A DNA stretch of 63,558 nt, filler included, from Octopus bimaculoides (taxonomy: Eukaryota), in assembly GCF_001194135.2 (NCBI RefSeq). It is 7 parts of 7 records of this genome, joined end to end, with 100 filler letters (N's around TTAATTAATTAA, not from the genome) between each part and the next. Parts side by side here need not be neighbours in the genome. Positions count along the whole stretch, not along the records: positions 30,795 to 38,509 come from NW_026373375.1; positions 38,610 to 52,303 come from NC_069002.1; 5 more parts are not named here. One strand, given 5' to 3'. Below the pieces are notes generated by a model. That model did not search any database, was not told the DNA's origin, and saw only the letters and a program-made list of their open reading frames with translations. The position numbers and the translations under genes are program-made. Every line of letters starts with the position of its first letter. The stretch's first letter is position 1. This document shows positions 36,480 through 50,184 of this stretch, one piece after another.

Positions 36480-36920
36480 CCCAGCCATTGTACCCCCGTA
36501 CAACAAGAGTTGTACCCCGCCATTGTACATTTCGAGCCTGTAGAAATCCAAAGTCGGTGGGGGTGTACAACTCTGTAGTTATGCCTATATTTCAAATGAA
36601 AGAGGAAGAAGAAAAAGAAGAAAAAACATCACAAAAATGTCAAGAAAAAACAAAATAAGGCTGATTTTGCCCCAATTCAAACGAAAAATCTCAAAACGTT
36701 TTTCATTTACCTTCGTATATAGCGGGTTTTGAATGAAATTCTTTTCTTTAGGGGCTTAATTCTTTTCTTTAGGGGCCTTTGAAACCCTTTCTTCTAAGAT
36801 GGCGTCGTTTCAATCGTTTGAATCTTTGTTTTTCCGAGTTCAGCTTCGTCTTAATTTCCTATTCGTATCGTACACGAAATGATTTGAATTCAGATTTATT
36901 GTTAGGGTTAGGGTTTTAAA
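36480..36920. promoter_or_regulatory. Candidate (possibly bidirectional) promoter or first-exon region
   Basis: AAGATGGCG YY1-like motif at ~36796; A-rich to T-rich skew flip; minus-strand donor AAG|GTAAAT at 36711; TTAGGG-rich flanks. Confidence 0.35.
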
Positions 36921-37183
36921 AACACCAAAAAAAGATATTTAAAAGGGTCAGAAACCAGTTGAAATAACGTTTTTCCGTATAATCTGCTAATAATTCTGTT
37001 TTAATTGTGTTTGCATATATCAAGGTTATTTAATACTCTGTGTTGGGTGTAATAAGTAAGTTGTAATAACTTGTGTTTTTTCTGTGAGTTCCCGAGAGAA
37101 ATATAATAAAGCAAGGACCATGGAGAGAGAGATAGATAGATAGAGAGATAGAAAGATGGATAGATGGATAGAAAGGGAGATGG

Positions 37184-37224
<41 letters not shown>

Positions 37225-37257
37225 TGGATAGATAGAAAGATAGATAGACAGACACAC

Positions 37258-37324
<67 letters not shown>

Positions 37325-37659
37325 TAGATAGAGAGAGACAGATAGATGGATAGAGAGGAAAATATGGATAGATAGAGAGAAGGAGAAAGAAAAAAGAAGA
37401 AAGGAAGCAGAAGAAAGGAATAAAGAGAAGAAGAAAAAGTAGAAGAACAACATCAACAACAAAAAGAAGAAGACGAATAAGGTTTACCACACAATAAATC
37501 AAAAACAACAAATAATAAAAAAAAAAGAAAAGACTCAACAAAACCACAATCTGATAAAAATATACCAAAGTTGTATAATTTATTCAAATATATTCGAGAC
37601 AGTTCGGCCATTTTATAGTTTTCTTTTAATATAACCCTTGGAAGGGGTCCTAACGCTGG

Positions 37660-38509
37660 ATTAAGGGACCAAAATCTCAAAGAGGTCTCTTTGGGGGGGG
37701 GGGGAAGATATTGATATGAACAAGCATTGAGGGCTAAAGCGCTCGATAACGAATGAATTCGTTTGTAGGTTCTTGTTGTATTTCGTAAACCAGGTTTCGC
37801 TCATTCAGGGACAAGATCTTTCAAGAGCAACGAACCATTATCATGCTTAGTCTGTCGGTTTCCGTGAGCCAATTTGGTCGTTAATACTGAATTGAGGACG
37901 AAAATCTCAACGAAGTGTCTTTGGGGGTAACATATATCGATACGAACGAAGCATTGAGGGGCCCAAGCGCTCGTTAACGAATGAATTCGTTTTCAGGACA
38001 GTCCAGCTTTTTATAATTGCTTTGGTCAGTCTTTTGTACGTTCTTGTGTTTCGTAAACCAGGTTTCGCTCGTTGAGGGCCAAAATCTCAATGAAGTGTCT
38101 TTAGGGTAGCATATCGATACGAACAAGCATTGAGGGCCCCAAGCGCTCGTTAACGAATGAATTCGTTTTATGGACAGTCCAGCTTTTTTATAATTACTTT
38201 CGGCCCTTCGTTTGTAGGTTCTTCTAGTATTTCGTAAACCAGGTTCGCTCGTTGAGGACAAAGATCTCTCCATAGAATAATCGTTATTATTCTTCATCTG
38301 TTGGTTTCTGTAGGCCAATTTGACAATACTAAGACGCACAACGTGTCGTTAATACTGGACTGAGGGCGAAAATCTCAACGAAGTCTCTTTGAGGGTAACA
38401 TATCGATAGAAACGAAGCCTTAAGGCCCCAAGCGCCAGTTAACAAATGAATTCGTTTTCAGGACAGTCCAGCTTTTTATAATTACTTTCGGCCCTTCGTT
38501 TGTAGGTTC
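37660..38509. repeat. Modular satellite with units of ~180-290 bp, cut by a gap
   Basis: Four starts of gggnnaaaatctcaa(c)gaag near 37665, 37895, 38075 and 38362, with shared modules. Confidence 0.9.
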
Positions 38510-38609
38510 NNNNNNNNNNNNNNNNNNNNNNNNNNNNNNNNNNNNNNNNNNNNTTAATTAATTAANNNNNNNNNNNNNNNNNNNNNNNNNNNNNNNNNNN
38601 NNNNNNNNN

Positions 38610-38662
<53 letters not shown>

Positions 38663-38840
38663 TCATACGTACGTACATACTTATACATAAACACGAAAAA
38701 AAGCAAAGAAAGATACATTTACACATAAAGTCATATAAACACCATACATTTATGTACACATTACTCGTAACACAAACTGTGTCCCACACCTAAATCGAAT
38801 ACTATGAATACGTGTCACTTGGCAGGCTTGTGTCACACAG

Positions 38841-38878
<38 letters not shown>

Positions 38879-39428
38879 ACAAAGGCATATCCACCTGCAC
38901 ATACACATATACACACACATGCAAGTACACACACACGCGCGCGCGCGCGCGCACTTACAGACACGCTCTCACACACACACGAACACACATATACATAGAT
39001 ACATCCACAGGCAAGCCCTCACTTACGCACACTTTACCCCTTCACTCACAAGCACACAAACGCACTCTACCTCTTTCATAAGTTGTTCGTTGGCATGTTT
39101 CCAACATACAAAACAATAGCACAGTTGTATTATATTCATATTGTATTATATTTGTGTTATATAAATAACATACAGGTGTGCCTGAGTAGGTTCGGCCGAG
39201 GAGGCTCTCTTGTATATTCGAAGGCTCACCCTTTATTTTACAGATATTCTCACACAATCGCCTGCAAAAATACACGCGCACACACGAACACACGCACGCA
39301 TGTGGGCGCACGCGCACACCCATATTTGCACCTTCGCGCCCAAACACACTTGTACGCACACTTATTTACATAAAATCATACATGCTCGGTCACATGACGG
39401 ATAAGTATCTAACGTATGTGTATACATG

Positions 39429-39464
<36 letters not shown>

Positions 39465-39607
39465 AGTGTTTGTGCATGTGTATAAATGTGTACGTAATTG
39501 TGTAGATATACTCACATACACGCACATACATTTAATACATTTAATGCACATACTTATATACATATGTGAACACACATGTACACACACACACGCATATATG
39601 CATATAT

Positions 39608-39638
<31 letters not shown>

Positions 39639-39862
39639 GATATATATATATATATATATATATATAGCAGAATTATTGAGATTCAGCTGAAAGTAGGTAC
39701 TTAAGTTGAGGTACCAAACATTAGTGCGGTATTATCCGTACAATTTCAAAATGAGGTGAATAAAAACAAAATAAACAAATAAGCAACATGATATCCAGAG
39801 GTGATGCAGTACGACCGTTTCAAGCGGCTCCATTTAATTGAACAATGCAATCATTACATCAA

Positions 39863-39893
<31 letters not shown>

Positions 39894-40516
39894 NNNNNNN
39901 NNNNNNNNNNNNNNNNNNNNNNNNNNNNNNNNNNNNNNNNNNNNNNNNNNNNNNNNNNNNNNNNNNNNNNNNNNNNNNNNNNNNNNNNNNNNNNNNNNNN
40001 NNNNNNNNNNNNNNNNNNNNNNNNNNNNNNNNNNNNNNNNNNNNNNNNNNNNNNNNNNNNNNNNNNNNNATAGCCTTGTCGATGAATGATGTGTTTGTGC
40101 GTGCATGATTGCATGCATATGTGTGTGTGTGAATATATATGCATATGTGTGTAATTTACATATAAATATATTTGTTAAAATACCCCCCAAACACACACAC
40201 ACACATAATCTCTAACACAGTTTGCAAAAACTAATCAATTTTCCGATCACTGATGAGTAAATGATAAAATGGAAACCATAGGATTTTGTTAATGCTTACT
40301 AATTCGTAATTTAGACACACTTAATTAGCTTATAATTGCTGGTATGTGTTTTTGATGATATTGTTAACATTCTTGTTGGTGTTGTTGTTGTTGCTTTTAT
40401 TCTTGTCGCTTTATTGTTTATTTTTGTCCTAGAATCAATTGTTATTGAGTAAACCTGAGCTTGGTCCAAATATTTCCAGTCGAGACTGTTGTTTTCTGAC
40501 AGAACGTGTCCAGCAC

Positions 40517-40632
40517 TTGGGCCGTCTTAGTAACATTTATAGGCCTGTGGATAAACCAATACACTGAGCCTACATCATATATTTATCGACAACAAACCAC
40601 AATATAAATAGATCATAAACGGGACCTTAACT
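40517..40632 (+). mobile_element. ~110-bp dispersed repeat, hAT-MITE-like (second copy 43328-43434)
   Basis: ttgggccgtcttagtaacatttataggcc...atttatcgacaacaaaccacaatataaataga is shared by both copies. Confidence 0.7.
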
Positions 40633-40940
40633 CGGGCAAATACCTAGTGTGACTTGACGGTTACTTTGCTGTTTTTATCATAACTGTTACAGATCGTTTT
40701 CATTATTGACTTATTATAATTTCGTTTTATTTCGTGCTGGGTCAATTACCACATTTAAAAGAACGATGTTATATGTTCATTCAAATGCAACGAACATTTT
40801 CATGACACACTTATTTGAGGTAATGTTCCTGTTGAAAGGTATCCGTGACATTGTAAGTCAATAGCTACAATCTTCGTTAATATCGTTTATAACATATGTA
40901 TGTATATCACGTGTTACGCAATCCATGACATACTACATAT

Positions 40941-41343
40941 GATGTGGTTGTGTGGTAAGTAGCTTGCTTACCAACCACATGGTTCCGAGTTCAGTCCCAC
41001 TGCGTGGCACCTTCGGCAAGTGTCTTCTACTATAGCCTCGGCCCGACCAAAGCCTTCTCAGTGGATTTGGTAGACGGAAACTGAAAGAATCCCGTCGCAT
41101 ATATGTATATGTATATATATATATATGTGTGTGTTTGTGTGTCTGTGTTCCTCCCCCAACATCGCTTGACAACCGATGCTGGTGTGTTTATTTCCCCGTA
41201 ACTTAGCGGTTCGGTAAAAGAAACCGATAAAATAAGTACTAGGATTACAAAGAATAAGTCCTGGGGTCGATTTGTTCGACTAAAGGCGGTGCTCCAGCAT
41301 GGCCGCAGTCAACTGACTGAAACAAGTTAAAGAGTAAAAGAGT
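40941..41343 (+). mobile_element. Full-length young CORE-like SINE
   Basis: All family modules present with CpGs intact. Confidence 0.93.
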
Positions 41344-41689
41344 ATATGTGTATGTGTTTGTGTGTGTGTGTGTTTGTGAGTAAAACATTTCTTGTTCGTA
41401 TGTTGATTTAATTTTTCCCATGTAACAATGTAACAACATTTGTCATACCACAACTCCTATTCCATGTACTATACACTTCAACCCACATCTTCCACCAACC
41501 TCTTTCTTTCCCTCTCGAACCCACTCTCCGTCTGCCCGTGATTTTTTCCTCCAGTCGTCAAGAAGACGGCTGTGACCCACTTACTTGTGACATTTTCCGT
41601 GTAAGAGGACAACTATGGGACAATTATTTGATGCTTTAATTATGTAACAAAGCATCTACGACACATATTGAATGTAACTGTTATGTTAC

Positions 41690-42250
41690 TAAAGCACCTG
41701 TGACACAAAGTATTGACTATGTAACAAGACACTCGTGGGAGACTTAATGGAGTAACTCATGTTACATTTGTTAAAACATTTATATATCATATTGATCAAA
41801 CAAGGCTTGTGATATAGTGCATTGCTTGTTACAAGATCCCCGTGACTGACTTATTGCATAGTATGATATATTGATTATGTAACAAAGCGAATATATCTGA
41901 CAATGCGTGGCTCGTGTTGCACTCAACATTGACACATTTACAAAATGCCCCAATAATATAAGAGCTGGTAATGTAACGATACTTCTGTATCATTTAACCA
42001 TGCATAGATCTGCGATACAAACATTCAATGTATTTATCATGTAAAAAGGCTCTTGTGACACAATGCACTGATCATATAGCATGACACTCGCGAAAGCCTT
42101 AATGTATAGCTCATTACATATCTGTTAAAACATTTATATTATACATGGACCGCGTTAAGAAAGCGCATGTGACAATGCATTGCTCATGTTACAAGACGCC
42201 CTTGACAGACTTCATGCAAAGCTCGTGTTACTCGTCATCTTTGTTACATT
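41690..42250. repeat. Degenerate ~354-bp tandem duplication built from TGTAAC/TGTGAC subunits
   Basis: tgtgacacaa...gacactcg...ttgttaaaacatttata recurs at ~41700 and ~42054. Confidence 0.7.
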
Positions 42251-42577
42251 CACAAAATGTATTGGTAATGTAACAAGACATCTACAACATATTCATTTCA
42301 TGCTTTGGTGACTTTTAAATGATATCTGTGACACACCAATTAAATGCATTGTTTATGTAACAAGTTATGTGATACATTATCTGTGGCACACCCATCTAGG
42401 GAACTACTTTTTTATCATAGCATTCTTTTCGCAGTAAATCTTAGGATCTTGGTTACATTTGCATTTAATGTCTCACATCTCTCATAAGTTAAAGCGTTTC
42501 GGCGAGATTCACTTTTTATATATCACATATATATGTATACAAAGAGATAGCTAGATTGTTGATAGATATACACATAA

Positions 42578-42622
<45 letters not shown>

Positions 42623-43780
42623 TATGTGTATGTGTATGAATGGAAACGTATACAATTATACATGTATTCCTTATCAAACAATGATTTAATATATCTTCCC
42701 TGTAACAAAACATATGCCACGCTCTAAAACCCATTCGAGATATCACTCGATTATTTCCTCACTTGATATACATATGTATATATATATATATACACATACA
42801 TATATACATGCATAGAGAGACACATGCATACGCTACACGCACACATATAAAACACACATCTTGTCACGTATCGATTTAATATTTTCCTCATGTAAAAGAA
42901 TATTGGTTAGCTCACATCGCCCATTTAATATGATACACACGTTCACATTATCTTCTCGCAGATCCTACACTTTTCTCCCGCTCAACCCATTCCTTCATCA
43001 TTACAACAGTAACCCTTTCGAATTCCCTTTCCTGCTCGTTTTCTTCCTACAGCTGTCCACGAAGAACATCGACCAAGTCGACTAAAGACAGGCCTATGAA
43101 TAATAACGCTACAGTCACGAACGCTTGCTTCGTTCTAAACCATAACCAGCCAATACATACGTTAATACATCTACTTTCTATGTTACACACGCACACTGGA
43201 AGTATGTGTATTACGGATCTGTTTGCTGTCTGTGGTCTGGTTGTCTCACATTCTTCTAGAGCAGATCTTGTTAAAGGGTTCCTGGTTACTTTGTTTATGG
43301 CAGTTTTGTTGCTTATGTTGCACCATCTTGGGCCGTCTTAGTAACATTTATAGGCCCGTGGGTAAACCAATGCACTGAGCCTATTTATCGACAACAAACC
43401 ACAATATAAATAGACCATGAACGGGTCCTTAACTTGCTGTTATTTTGTCCTTCATTGGGTTTCTAGTTATGGCTAATATGTTTAAGGGGTTTTAGTTTAC
43501 GAAGGTTCAGTGATGTGTGTGTGTGCGCGCGCGCTCATATGTGTATGCATACATACATACAGACACACAGATATGTATATGTGTATGTATATGTATATAC
43601 AAGAAATTAGAATGAAAAGGAATAAAAAATTACGTCATGAACTTCATTAGCTTACAACTGTTTCCACTACAAGATACAATGCACTGACAGTTGAATGCTT
43701 GTGTATCAGCCTGTAACTTCACCGGAGCTTCAGACATGAAGTGCAATTTTATTTGGGAATATATATATATATATATATAT

Positions 43781-43835
<55 letters not shown>

Positions 43836-44299
43836 GAGAAAAGCATTACCGATGAAAACGCATAGACGTATGTAAGAGATTAATTCAGAAGAGTGTGTGT
43901 GTGTGTGTGTGATGCATGTACATGTGTGATGCAGAAATTTGATAGCCTTTCCAGAGTAACATAACACATTCTATTGAACCTCTTCAACAAAGACGATTGC
44001 TTATATTTTATGTGCTTTGTCATTTTTGTAACACGTTTGTAACACTCATAAATTCGTTTGGTGACACATTAATTGCCAGAGATTTCCTATGATATATTTC
44101 CGGTGTGAAACATTATGCCTGCCACACCTGCGCCGTATAAACACCTATAATTTTCTCACATTGATTATATATTTCTATAGCTCGCAAATCCGTTTGTGGC
44201 AAACTAGATAACCAGATAAGTATAAGATCGCTTTATATTTTCCCGTATGAAACAAGACCTGTCACCTCTCAGTAACATAAACAGCTACAAATTCTTTAT

Positions 44300-44410
44300 G
44301 TCTTTTATATTACTCGACTAAGATGCTTAAATCAGTTCCAGTACTTATGGTGATTGTTTCCAGTCTGGTACTTTATTCTATTGTTCCTTTTTTGCCGAAC
44401 CACTAAGTTA
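44300..44410 (-). mobile_element. 3' fragment of CORE-like SINE
   Basis: ttttgccgaaccactaagttacgg is the reverse complement of the family motif. Confidence 0.65.
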
Positions 44411-45390
44411 CGGAAACGTTTGAGACACTTAAGTATTTATTCGTGACGCATATATGAGAACAGGTTCATTGATACAGTTTCTGTATAAAACGCTATGCGT
44501 GTCACACTTCTGTAACACTCACAAATAAAGCTTTAATTACATATTTTATGTTGTTACATTTGTTATAAAAGTCTGTGACACAAATTCCTTGATAACACAT
44601 TACATGGCAGGGGCACATTATACGAGGCACACCTCTGTTACACAAACGACCAAGATTTCGATTATTTCTTTCATATTGTTACACTTGTTACATATTTGTG
44701 ACACAGTTTTGTTGATGCTACATTCATTCGTTATATTTGGTTATATTTCGTGTCACAACTGTGTGACACAGTTGGCGAATCACTGTATTTTGAGGTGATT
44801 TTGCTTTTGGAATGAACCAATAAATTAGTTCTATATCTCTAATACCCACGTGCTAATTAGGGAACCTCTAAATGGACAAACAACCTACTAGAAATAGCAG
44901 TAGCATTTCTATTCAATAAAACGCGATTCTTTTTAAAAATGAAGTACACATTTAATTATGTAGCCCTGTATACACTAAGACAATAGACAAAAATAAACGA
45001 TGCCCAAGACAGCTGGAGCAACGCAGGTCCTCTTCATAAGGAAGGATTTCGAGATGCTTCAAGATTTCTGGATGAATAATCGGACCATAAGCGACAATGA
45101 GGATTCTAAGTTGTCGTCGACTTGCTAAAAATAGCAGCCAAATTACCTTCAACTTACGCATTATTGTCTTATGTGTGTATATATGCGTGATCCAAGGAGG
45201 GATCTTTATAGGGCAGCGAGACATGGTAGAAATAGCAACCAAATCTTTCTCAAATCACACCATATTGAGTTATGTATGGTCCAAGGAAAGAGGCTTCAAC
45301 ATAATAGCTTGGCATGATAATAAATACATGCAAGTCTGCTTAAAAATCAATCTTCTCAATCTCTAGCTCTCTTTCTCTCTCTTCCTTTCT

Positions 45391-45437
<47 letters not shown>

Positions 45438-45464
45438 CTGTACATACATACCTACATACATACA

Positions 45465-45499
<35 letters not shown>

Positions 45500-46065
45500 G
45501 CCATATGTATGTCTCAGAAACAGCAGCTAAATTCCCCAAAATTAGACTTAGTTTAGTATACGAAAAAAAAAGCAGAAGGGATGGTTATGGTCGGAAAGGC
45601 GTCTAATTATGAGACTTCTGCTCCATCAAGACTGACCTGGGGTCAAACCACTTTACAAACTTGACGAGCCAATGAGTGTTTTTCTATGTGGTCATTGGAT
45701 TGGCTTGAAATACCAGCAGCCAAATTCTGCTTTAAAACAAAATAGTTGATATCCTGTAATACTTTTGAGAATGTAGTATTCAGAATCTCAGTGCTCGACA
45801 AAAATATCAGTACGGTCATGGTTGGAACGCTTATCATATATCCACTCAGTCAGTATAGAGGTGGAGCCAACAACAATAACATATATAATGGCATTATACT
45901 GTCTGTACCCTTTTCCGTATCTTGTATTTTCACAAGTTACGAAACTACGGCGACATATTTACGATTTTATTGATTTATCAACTGTGATACAAATATGTAT
46001 GTATCTTTTCTCCCGTAACAGAAAACGTGTGACACAGTTTATTTCATATACACATCGTTCCCTTT

Positions 46066-46445
46066 AGGCGTGGCTGTGTGATTAGAAATTTGTTTCCATA
46101 ACACATGGTTCCAGGTTCAGTCCCACTGTTAGGGAAAGTGTCTTCTACTATTGCCACAGGCCTACCAAAGCCTTGAGTGGATTTGGTAGACGGAAAGCGA
46201 AAGAAGCCAAATGTGTGTGTGCGTGTGTGTGTGTGAGTGTGTGTGTGTGTATTTGTTTGTCTCGACTATCACTTGACGACGAGTGTCGGTTTATTTACGT
46301 CCCTATAACGTAGTAGTTCGGCAAAAGAGATCGATAAAATAAGTACCAGACTTTAAATACATAAGTACTGGGGTTGATTCGACTAAGATTCTTCGAAGCG
46401 GTGCCCCAGCATGGCCGCAGTCTAATAATTTATACAAGTAAAAGA
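46066..46445 (+). mobile_element. CORE-like SINE
   Basis: Complete family layout. Confidence 0.9.
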
Positions 46446-47229
46446 CAAAGGAAAGGTAGCTTTGTACGACTTTGTAAGTTTTGTAAGTACCGATCTCATA
46501 TGTGCAACACAATACACATCCTTTGTTATAAACACCTGAAACTTTTTTTCTTCTATTAATTAAAAACACGCGATGCACACCTTTAAAAATAGATTCATAA
46601 CTATGTTGATTTTATTAACTATATTTCATTCGATACACAAGAACGGTAACATGCACCCGCTTGTCATGTTTCGCATGTAACGCAAAAACTTGTAACAAAC
46701 ATATGGACACACACACTCAAGCACACACGCACATGCACACACGTTGGTATATTTAAGACATATTTTTAATGGGTGCATTCGATATATCTAGCATTAAACA
46801 TGCAACACACTGTTGTACGTATCACAATGGAAGATCTTAAATGCAACACAATGCAACACAATGACACACATGCATTTGACAGTTTTCACACGTAACACAA
46901 GTTAGACATGACTTCAGTTATTAATCAACGCATGTAACACTTGAGACTGACAAAGATCCCACAGCATGTAAAATCTGCGCCATTTTCAAGCTCTGACAAC
47001 CTCCTACATAGCATAACATGTAACACAATTCAGGTATCGTGCTTGCATGAGACTGTAACAGATGAGACTGACCTAATTCATGAGGAAAACTTGAAACGTT
47101 TACAAGCATGTAACACATGTTAAATATACTTCATATGTAAATCAATACATGTTTCACGTGAGACTGACATAGCTCACGTGCCATGCAAAACCTCATACAT
47201 AACACAAATCAAGCGACACCATCGTCTTC

Positions 47230-47530
47230 CTACGATCTGCTTAAACAACCAATCCCAGCCAATCGTGACTCACCAGTTGGACTATTCACGCCTTCGACTG
47301 CTGAGTACAAGACCTGGCTAGCGAAATCTCCGTTCGGATGACTGCTCTGAGTCACCATCTCATTCTTGTACGCTAATCCGTCTCATAATTACTCATTTAC
47401 AGCTGAGCGGGCCAGAGTAACGTGAAAAGAAGTGTTTTGCTCAAGAACACTACGTGCTAACTGTCTGGGAATCGAACCACAATCTAGCGATTGTGAATGC
47501 AACATCCTAACCAGTAGGATATGCACCTTC
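47230..47530 (-). mobile_element. tRNA-derived SINE, divergent family
   Basis: ttgctcaagaacac...gggaatcgaaccac...cctaaccag is the reverse complement of an A/B-box head. Confidence 0.6.
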
Positions 47531-48184
47531 ACAAGTCACAGTCGGCAACCTGCAGGACAATGCGTGTGACGTTATTTCCCATAGACTAAATTCTATAATA
47601 TACTGTCTGTACAACACATTACTCGACTCTGGTACATGTGTTTCTCATGTAACACAACATCTGAAATATCAATTAGCGACAACCCACGTATTACCTGACA
47701 CATCCCATACGTCACAAATTCGCCTTCATCACCAATACTAAGATATTTAACGTGACATTTGGCTCCACTTAGTCGTCCAACCTCCTCGAAATGGTAGATA
47801 AATCTTGCCGGGTCAACCCTTGTTATCCCAAAGAGTTAATTACACACTGGCTAAGGTGGCGTCCTAGATATATACAAAACGACAGGATGGCAACGGCTGG
47901 AACGTGTTTAAGGTTTATTTAATCAGATTTGCGACTAAACAACAACAAACACATTACAAATCAAATAAACTTGTCACTGAATCTCAAAGTCACAACAGAC
48001 CTGCTAGAAATACCTGTCAAATTCCCACAAATATCAGAGCCTTTGATTTCCAAACCCTAACTTAAAAGGCGAGTTAGTCATAGCTAGAACGCCTTCCTCA
48101 TAGGTCTGCTCATGTTTGTCAGATCCGGGTTTGAGAAAATCTGTTTCTTTGGCAAGATAACTGCAATAAGATTGTTCGGAACAT

Positions 48185-48730
48185 ATTACGTTGTAATACA
48201 GTGTATGTAATAAAATGTAATGTGTAACAAAATGTAATATGTGTTACATATTTCATTGTGTCATGTATATGTGCAACACAATGTCAACGTAGTTTGCAGC
48301 ACAATACGTAACAGAATACGTAACACAATATGTGTAACCAACTTGTACCAGAATAAGAATCACAATATATGTAACACATTATGTGCAAGCGGAAATGTAA
48401 CACGCGTAGAAAGAGTGGGAAGAATATCTGTAACTGAATATATAGTATAATAAATGTAACACAACGTGTATCAGAATGTGTAACAATATATCTACGCAAT
48501 ATGCGTAGCTGAATATGTGACAATTTCTGCAACAGAATATGTAACACGGTATGCAGCATATGTAACAAAACGTAAAGCAGAACATGTAACATAATGTGTA
48601 GTGTAATGCGTAACACAATATGTGTAACTGAATAAGTGAATCAAGAATATATGTAACACAATATGTAACTTTACATCTGCAACTCAATATATGTAACTGG
48701 ACATATGTAACATTAGACGTGTAACAAGAA
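48185..48730 (+). repeat. Degenerate ~12-bp minisatellite, consensus near AATATGTAACAC
   Basis: About 19 GTAAC cores on one strand in ~540 bp (hand count). Confidence 0.85.
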
Positions 48731-48842
48731 TTTAGTCACTCATCTAATGTTATTCAATAAAGCCATTTATTAATACCACCTCACTAATTCCTCGCCCTCA
48801 TACGTTTGTCTCTATTTCTTTCTGTCTCTCTCTGTCTCTCTC

Positions 48843-48888
<46 letters not shown>

Positions 48889-49236
48889 ATGGAAGGAAGG
48901 ATGGATGGATGATGAATATATTTATATATTTATATATATAGTTTCAGATCGCAACCACGTGTTTCCGAATTACTTCACAGCTTCCATTGCCTTAGGCAAG
49001 TATCTTCTTGAACACACTTCCATTGTTTATCGACCAAGGCATACGCAACAAAAGCTAGTCAGATGGGATTACGCTTTAAGTTTCCTTTATAGGTAAAAAG
49101 AATAGCTACTGATCTCCAGATAAAGACATATACACACATACAACTCCTTCTCTCTCTCTCTCGCTCTCTCTCCATCTATCTATCTCTCCGTCTATTTTAA
49201 CTATCCATCCATTTATCTGTCTTCTATACTAATCTG

Positions 49237-49363
49237 CAGGGTGTCCACAAAGTCTGGGTACATGGCTATTAACACATACTTTAAGAAATTAATATTTCTT
49301 AAATTTAATTGTTTATGTTATGATTTTATTTACTCCATGTACCCAGACCTTGTGGACGCCCTG
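49237..49363. mobile_element. 127-bp Tc1/mariner-type MITE
   Basis: 29-bp TIRs CAGGGTGTCCACAAAGTCTGGGTACATGG with 2 mismatches; TA on the right, TG on the left. Confidence 0.9.
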
Positions 49364-50091
49364 TATTTTGTTCTATCTATCGCTATCCATCTGTCGATGT
49401 AATTTCTGCCTATCTACCTACCTATCAATCTATATATCTGTTTATCTATGATCTATTCAACTCTGTCATGCTTATCTTTCCATCTATCTAGGTCTATCTA
49501 TCTGTCTATCTGTCTGTCTGTCCATCCATCCATCCATACATACATGTATGTATTATCTACCTACTTACTAATTAATCTTCCTACCTACCTACCCATCTCT
49601 CTATCTATCTATTTATCTTGTCCTCCCCTCTTTTTACACGAGAACATTACCGTGATACACGATCCCTATTGATCGCCTTTTTTTTCTTGATCCTTTTTGA
49701 TCGAACTCCTCCCTTCCCTTTTTCCCTTCCTACGATCCCTTTTGATCGACACACCCCTACTTTTTTTTTCTTTCCTCCCCCCTCCCAAAAAGAAAAGCTT
49801 TACATTGTATTTGTCCCATCTTTGTTGAGCCATGTGTGGCTAATAAAAGAAATGTATCTATCTATCTATCTATATACCTATCTATCCATCTATCTATCTA
49901 CTTTATGTCTCTGCTCTCAATATTCTAAGTTACTGTTAATTGTTTATCGAGCACTTTGTGATCGATACATTTCAGAGGCAACCGGACAGAATGTTATATT
50001 TAGCTTTGTTATCTAATCTCACACACGCACGCGCACACACGAACATACACGCGAACGCACGCTCACATGTATGTAATTAAAGGGGGCGTTA

Positions 50092-50184
50092 CAGTGACTC
50101 AAGGGCCCACAGTTCTGTAACAATACACCAATGCACTTATAAAATTCCTTGATGCGAAGCTTTATAGCGACCCTGGAGTCACTG
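50092..50184. mobile_element. 93-bp mini-MITE with CAGTG ends
   Basis: ta-cagtgactcaaggg ... ccctggagtcactg-tg. Confidence 0.65.

Noticed and set aside
37660-38509. CRISPR array
   Set aside because: Eukaryotic context, long modular units with homologous spacers, and no cas genes.
40248-40290. CTGATGA...GAAAC hammerhead candidate
   Set aside because: Stem II cannot pair (G10.1 faces G) and there is no stem I or III.
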